Source: Candidatus Saccharimonadota bacterium
Lineage (GTDB): Bacteria; Patescibacteriota; Saccharimonadia; Saccharimonadales; VXPC01
NCBI GenBank assembly: GCA_009839685.1
Contig: VXPC01000031.1
Span: 1-60,437, forward strand
Reading direction: 5' to 3'
DNA length: 60,437 nt
How positions within the stretch are numbered: position 1 is the stretch's first letter; each line of letters starts with the position of its first letter. The notes under the pieces are model-generated. The model was not told where the DNA came from and did no database searches. It saw only the letters and a list, made by a program, of their open reading frames with translations. Positions 56,573 to 60,437 of this stretch are shown here, one piece after another. The translations under genes and the position numbers were made by a program.

Positions 56573-57391
56573 TTATTCGCCTAAACCAGCCGGCTTCAGC
56601 AGGTCGGCGAGGCCGGAGTATTCATCCGCCTCTTCCACGTCTTCAACTCGATACTCACCCATCGACCAGTAACACTTGCGCACTTTGGCGCCCGGGCGGT
56701 AGATGTGTATCCTGAACTCTTTCTCATCCACGATTTCAATGGCCGCATACTCATCTAAAGCGATACCGACCATCTCCGGCGCCTGCCTGAGCATCTGTTT
56801 GAACGGCTCTTGGCGGAAAGGTTCGGAATCGTAATGCGGACAGGTGCCGGCGTTCAGCCAGCCCATCGCCTCCACCCTGAATGGCTTGCCGGTGTAAAAC
56901 GAGTTGGAATTACCCCAGCGGAACCAGCAGATTGAGCCGGCCGACAAACCCGACATGACCGCCCCTCTCTCATAAGCTTGACGCAGCAGGCGGTCGACGC
57001 CGAGTTGGCGCCACTTTTCCATCATCTGGTAAGAATTACCGCCTGTCACGAAAACGATGTCCGCTCCCGAAACGGCCGCTTCAACCTCCGCTTCGGTCGG
57101 CGTGATCTCTACTTCGACCAGTTTGAGGATGTCGGTCTGGCAGCCGTAGGCGCCGAACCGTTTCTGAAAAGCTTCGTAAAGCAGGTCGACGTCGTGCTGG
57201 CCGTCCTCAGACGCCGTCGTCAACGCCAGCACCTTCGGGTTCTGTTTGCCGGCCGCCGCAACTATCAAATCGTCGACCGGTTTCGTGTCCCACGGGAAAT
57301 AGTCCGCGCCGCCGGGAGGTTTCTCAGTTGTATAGGTATCCTTGTGTTGGCCGTAATGGCCGCCGCCCAAGGCGAAAATTCTTTTCTGCAT
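56573..57391 (-). CDS. peptidase S51 family (dipeptidase E / cyanophycinase-like)
   Basis: 272 aa. IVFVTGGNSYQMMEKWRQLGVDRLL...GAVMSGLSAGSICW matches the GGN.. / G.SAG motif of S51 peptidases. Confidence 0.75.
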   Translation of the reverse strand: MQKRIFALGGGHYGQHKDTYTTEKPPGGADYFPWDTKPVDDLIVAAAGKQNPKVLALTTASEDGQHDVDLLYEAFQKRFGAYGCQTDILKLVEVEITPTEAEVEAAVSGADIVFVTGGNSYQMMEKWRQLGVDRLLRQAYERGAVMSGLSAGSICWFRWGNSNSFYTGKPFRVEAMGWLNAGTCPHYDSEPFRQEPFKQMLRQAPEMVGIALDEYAAIEIVDEKEFRIHIYRPGAKVRKCYWSMGEYRVEDVEEADEYSGLADLLKPAGLGE

Positions 57392-57410
57392 GTCGTTGAA
57401 GTTAAATTTA

Positions 57411-57486
57411 TGGCGCTCTCGCCGGGACTCGAACCCAGAGCTATTCTTTAGGAGAGAATTGTTTTATCCAGTTAAACTACGAGAGC
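57411..57486 (-). tRNA. tRNA-Arg (anticodon CCU), CCA encoded
   Basis: The reverse complement is GCTCTCGTAGTTTAACTGGATAAAACAATTCTCTCCTAAAGAATAGCTCTGGGTTCGAGTCCCGGCGAGAGCGCCA, with anticodon loop CTCCTAA. Coordinates are anchored on the flanking ORF ends. Confidence 0.9.
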
Positions 57487-57488
57487 TC

Positions 57489-58073
57489 TCAGCCGGCCAT
57501 CAGCCGTTGGTGGACGGTCTGGTAATCGTGAATCTCCTCCGGGTTGAACCACAGGCCGATCTCCAGCGTTGCCTCCTCGGCGTTGCCGGAAGCATGAACC
57601 AGATTGTAGATGGAACGCTGCTTGGAGTTGGCGAAGTACGAAGAGTCAAAGGAAAAGTCGCCGTTGATAGTGCCCGGAGCGGCGTCGGCCGGCAATGTCG
57701 CCCCGCGCAGTTTGCGCACGACCGCGATGGCGGAGGGGCCTGACAGAACCAGCGCCCAGACGGGCCCGCTCTGCAGAAACTCGACGTTGTATCTCTGGAT
57801 CATCAAGCCGATCTCATGCGGGTCTTCCGTGCCTAAGACCTCCTTGGTGTTGACGCCCAGTCTGGCGTTGTTCTCCAAGGTTTTCTCGCCCATGGTCACA
57901 ATAAACTCCTTGCGCGATGTCGGGTAGTGCTGGTTGATCAGCTCCTCGTCCGCCATCAGCATTCTGGCGGCCACGATCTTTAAGCCTACTTTTTCAAAGC
58001 GCCCGATAATCTCCCCGACCAAGCCGCGGGCGACGGCGTCGGGTTTGAGCAGGACGAGAGTTCGTTCAATCAT
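57489..58073 (-). CDS. ndk: nucleoside-diphosphate kinase with an internal insertion
   Basis: ORF 57489..58097, with start set at ATG 58073 (GGGGG RBS). It has ERTLVLLKPDAV, GEIIGRFEKVGLKIVAARM and the NLVHASGN catalytic His motif, and is ~45 aa longer than typical NDKs. Confidence 0.85.
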   Translation of the reverse strand: MIERTLVLLKPDAVARGLVGEIIGRFEKVGLKIVAARMLMADEELINQHYPTSRKEFIVTMGEKTLENNARLGVNTKEVLGTEDPHEIGLMIQRYNVEFLQSGPVWALVLSGPSAIAVVRKLRGATLPADAAPGTINGDFSFDSSYFANSKQRSIYNLVHASGNAEEATLEIGLWFNPEEIHDYQTVHQRLMAG

Positions 58074-58086
58074 AGGTACCCCCGCA

Positions 58087-58884
58087 TTATAAAACACCCG
58101 TCAACAAAAGGCCTAGCAAAACCGCTCCCAAGAACATCCGGTAGATCCCGAAAACCTTCAAGGAACGCTTGGAGATGACCTTCATCAGGACGGTGATGGC
58201 CGCCAGGCCGACGACGAAGGAAATCAGGTTGGCAACCAGGACGAAACCGAACTGGCGGCTGACGAATTCGGCTCCGTCGGAAGAAACGAGCACTTTTAAG
58301 ACGGCTCCGCCGACGAGGGGTATCGACATCAGGAAGCTCCAGTGCGCGGCCAGCTCCTGCTTCAAACCGGTCCACAAACCGGCCAGAATGGTCACCCCGG
58401 ATCGCGAGGCGCCGGGGATAAGGGCTAAGACTTGAGCCAGGCCGATGATGATGACCTTCCACCAGCCGATGCCGGCCGGTTCGGCCGCCTTATCTGTTGC
58501 GGGCGGCGGCTTGAACAGCATGACCGCCCCCACGGCGACCAGCATGAAGACGACGAGGTAGAGGTGGTCGCCGAGCCACTTGAAGAAGTCTGTCAAGAAA
58601 AAGCCCAGCAGGCCGGCCGGCAGGATTCCGGCCAGCAGTTTGGCCGGCAGCGAGTAATCCCCTTTCGCGACCCGGGCGAACATGGCACCGAGCTGGGAGC
58701 GGGTGAACCAAATCAGGGCGCCTAGGGTGCCGATGTTGGCTAAAACGTAAAGCTCGAAACCGTCAGCGAAATCGAACAAGGCGGCGAGCAAAGCCAGATG
58801 GCCGGAAGAAGAAACCGGGATGAATTCGGTCACTCCTTGTATCAGGCCGGCCAAGATAATCAACAGCCACTCCATACGCGCCAA
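58087..58884 (-). CDS. uppP: undecaprenyl-diphosphate phosphatase
   Basis: 265 aa with LIQGVTEFIPVSSSGHL and PGASRSGVTI motifs and 7-8 TM helices. Confidence 0.9.
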   Translation of the reverse strand: MARMEWLLIILAGLIQGVTEFIPVSSSGHLALLAALFDFADGFELYVLANIGTLGALIWFTRSQLGAMFARVAKGDYSLPAKLLAGILPAGLLGFFLTDFFKWLGDHLYLVVFMLVAVGAVMLFKPPPATDKAAEPAGIGWWKVIIIGLAQVLALIPGASRSGVTILAGLWTGLKQELAAHWSFLMSIPLVGGAVLKVLVSSDGAEFVSRQFGFVLVANLISFVVGLAAITVLMKVISKRSLKVFGIYRMFLGAVLLGLLLTGVL

Positions 58885-58957
58885 TTATACCTGAAACGGC
58901 CCCGGTGTTGTATTTTTTAAAATGACTCTCCCCTCCTCCGCTTTATAGAATAGGCTT

Positions 58958-59938
58958 ATGCTCTACAGCCAAGCCGTCGTCGACTATTTGGAATATCTTG
59001 AAATTGAAAAAAACCGATCCCAGGCGACGATCGCCAATTACGACAGCTATCTCCAGCGCCTGACCGACTTCGCCGGCGCCGAGCTGGAAGTCGGCCAGAT
59101 AGATCTGGAGCTGATCCGCCAGTGGCGCCTGTGGCTCAACCGCTTGGGCGGCCGCGACAGCCAGCAGCTGTCCAAAGCGACCCAGAACTACCACCTTATC
59201 GCCCTGCGCAACCTGCTTAAATATTTAGCTCAGCGGGGCGTCGACTCCCTCAATCACAGCCAGATCGAGCTGGCCAGCGTCAAGCGTCAGCAGGTCAACT
59301 TCCTGAATCTGGAAGAAGTCGAGCGGCTGCTGGCGGCCTGCCAAACCGAGGAGACTTCCGGGTTGCGCGACAGGACCATTCTGGAACTGCTCTTCAGTTC
59401 CGGCTTGCGGGTCTCCGAACTGGTCAACTTAAACCGGGATCAAATCAACCTCAAGCGCCGCGAATTCATGGTCCGCGGCAAGGGCCAGAAAGACCGGCTG
59501 GTTTTCATTTCCGACGAAGCGGCCGTCTGGCTGGAGAAATACCTCGACAGAAGGACCGACAACTCCCCGCCCCTGTTCGTCAATAACTCGGCCAACCGCC
59601 GCTCCGTCTCCCAGGACGGCCACCATCTCCGCCTCAGTGCCCGGTCTATACAGCGCATCGTCCAGAAGGCGGCTCTGAAAGCCGGCATCACCAAGAAAGT
59701 CAGCCCGCACACCCTGCGCCACTCTTTCGCCACCAACCTGCTCGGCAACGGCGCCGACCTGCGCAGTATCCAGGCCATGCTGGGACACGCCAACATCGCC
59801 ACCACCCAGATCTACACCCACACGACCGACCCCCACCTCAAAAGCGTCCACCAGCGCTTCCACTCCAAGAACGAAGAAGCCAAGAAGAAGGAAAGCGCCG
59901 AGCCGGAGCCAGCTGACAGCCTTAAAAAACCCGCCTGA
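58958..59938 (+). CDS. tyrosine recombinase, XerC/XerD type
   Basis: 326 aa with an N-terminal SAM-like domain, RDRTILELLFSSGLRVSEL, HTLRHSFATNLL and LGHANIATTQIYTH (R-H-R-Y catalytic set), plus a Lys/Glu-rich tail. I cannot tell XerC from XerD. Confidence 0.9.
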   Translation: MLYSQAVVDYLEYLEIEKNRSQATIANYDSYLQRLTDFAGAELEVGQIDLELIRQWRLWLNRLGGRDSQQLSKATQNYHLIALRNLLKYLAQRGVDSLNHSQIELASVKRQQVNFLNLEEVERLLAACQTEETSGLRDRTILELLFSSGLRVSELVNLNRDQINLKRREFMVRGKGQKDRLVFISDEAAVWLEKYLDRRTDNSPPLFVNNSANRRSVSQDGHHLRLSARSIQRIVQKAALKAGITKKVSPHTLRHSFATNLLGNGADLRSIQAMLGHANIATTQIYTHTTDPHLKSVHQRFHSKNEEAKKKESAEPEPADSLKKPA

Positions 59939-60386
59939 AAGCTTTGGTTTTGAATTCGATCAAAGCGCAGAAAGTTTCGCCGGATTGGCATTGCACGGTT
60001 TGCAGGTTATTGAAATATCCGCCAGCGTTCTGCGGGCCCCCCGTCCAAGTTCCGCCGGCCGTTGAGCAGTCTGATTCCGTTATGTGGGCGGGAAGAGTGC
60101 ATGAGTCCGATGCCCACTGCACGCGTGTATCAGTACTTGGTATGGCTGATGCGTCCACGTCCGTCAGAGTCCCCGGAGTCCAAATCCCTCCGTTGGTTTC
60201 ACAATCCCTTCGGGTAGTATACGTGGTGGGGTTGCATGTGCCGGGATTGTCCGTATATCTGAACACCGTGTTGTCGAATTCCAAATCGCTCATATCCCCC
60301 CCGAGGGCGACTTCGATCTCCACTTCGTAGAAACCTTCGTCCTGCCTGATAACGGCAAATGACAAAAGTCTCATTTTTTCATGCAT
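59922..60386 (-). CDS. hypothetical Cys/Thr/Gly-rich protein
   Basis: 154 aa with several CxT/CxxxG motifs and no clear signal peptide. It overlaps the xer 3' end by 17 nt. Confidence 0.4.
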   Translation of the reverse strand: MHEKMRLLSFAVIRQDEGFYEVEIEVALGGDMSDLEFDNTVFRYTDNPGTCNPTTYTTRRDCETNGGIWTPGTLTDVDASAIPSTDTRVQWASDSCTLPAHITESDCSTAGGTWTGGPQNAGGYFNNLQTVQCQSGETFCALIEFKTKAFRRVF

Positions 60387-60437
60387 CAGTTCGACCTTGT
60401 TAGGGGCGCAACCGGCGGGAGTCGGGGGGGTGGGGTG

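Overview
The window looks like a gene-dense chromosomal segment of a small, reduced bacterial genome. The lineage guess, Patescibacteria/CPR-like and possibly Saccharibacteria-like, is inference from a short IF-2 N-terminus, many small orphan membrane proteins, rRNA expansion segments and unlinked rRNA genes. Most content is housekeeping. Translation and RNA genes are infB, an S1-domain protein, infC-rpmI-rplT, rpmB, thrS, miaA, rnpB, 16S/23S/5S rRNA and eight tRNAs. DNA topology genes are gyrB-gyrA and a Xer recombinase. Cell-envelope genes are glmS, a FemAB-like transferase, a DegT-like aminotransferase, uppP, an M50 protease and surface proteins. The accessory or unusual parts are as follows. 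(1) The rRNA locus is split: about 10 kb of protein genes lie between 16S and 23S-5S, including a stranded tRNA-Ala/tRNA-Ile pair and a NERD-nuclease/SF1-helicase gene cluster. (2) There is a stand-alone homologue of phage-type thymidine-hypermodification enzymes (aGPT-Pplase-like). (3) There are two paralogous HTH-Panacea(DUF4065) antitoxin plus RelE-like toxin modules, one flanked by ~65-bp direct repeats that start at the 3' end of tRNA-Asp. (4) A VirD4/TraD-like coupling ATPase sits beside a ~900-bp AT-rich, ORF-free region. (5) A WhiB-like regulator lies next to tRNA-Gln. (6) Several candidate cis-regulatory elements are present: an infC leader attenuator, a thrS leader terminator, and DnaA boxes plus an NrdR-box-like palindrome at nrdR. 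I saw no CRISPR array, transposase, integrase-bearing prophage or reassigned stop codon. Coordinates of RNA and regulatory features were derived by eye and may be off by a few nt.
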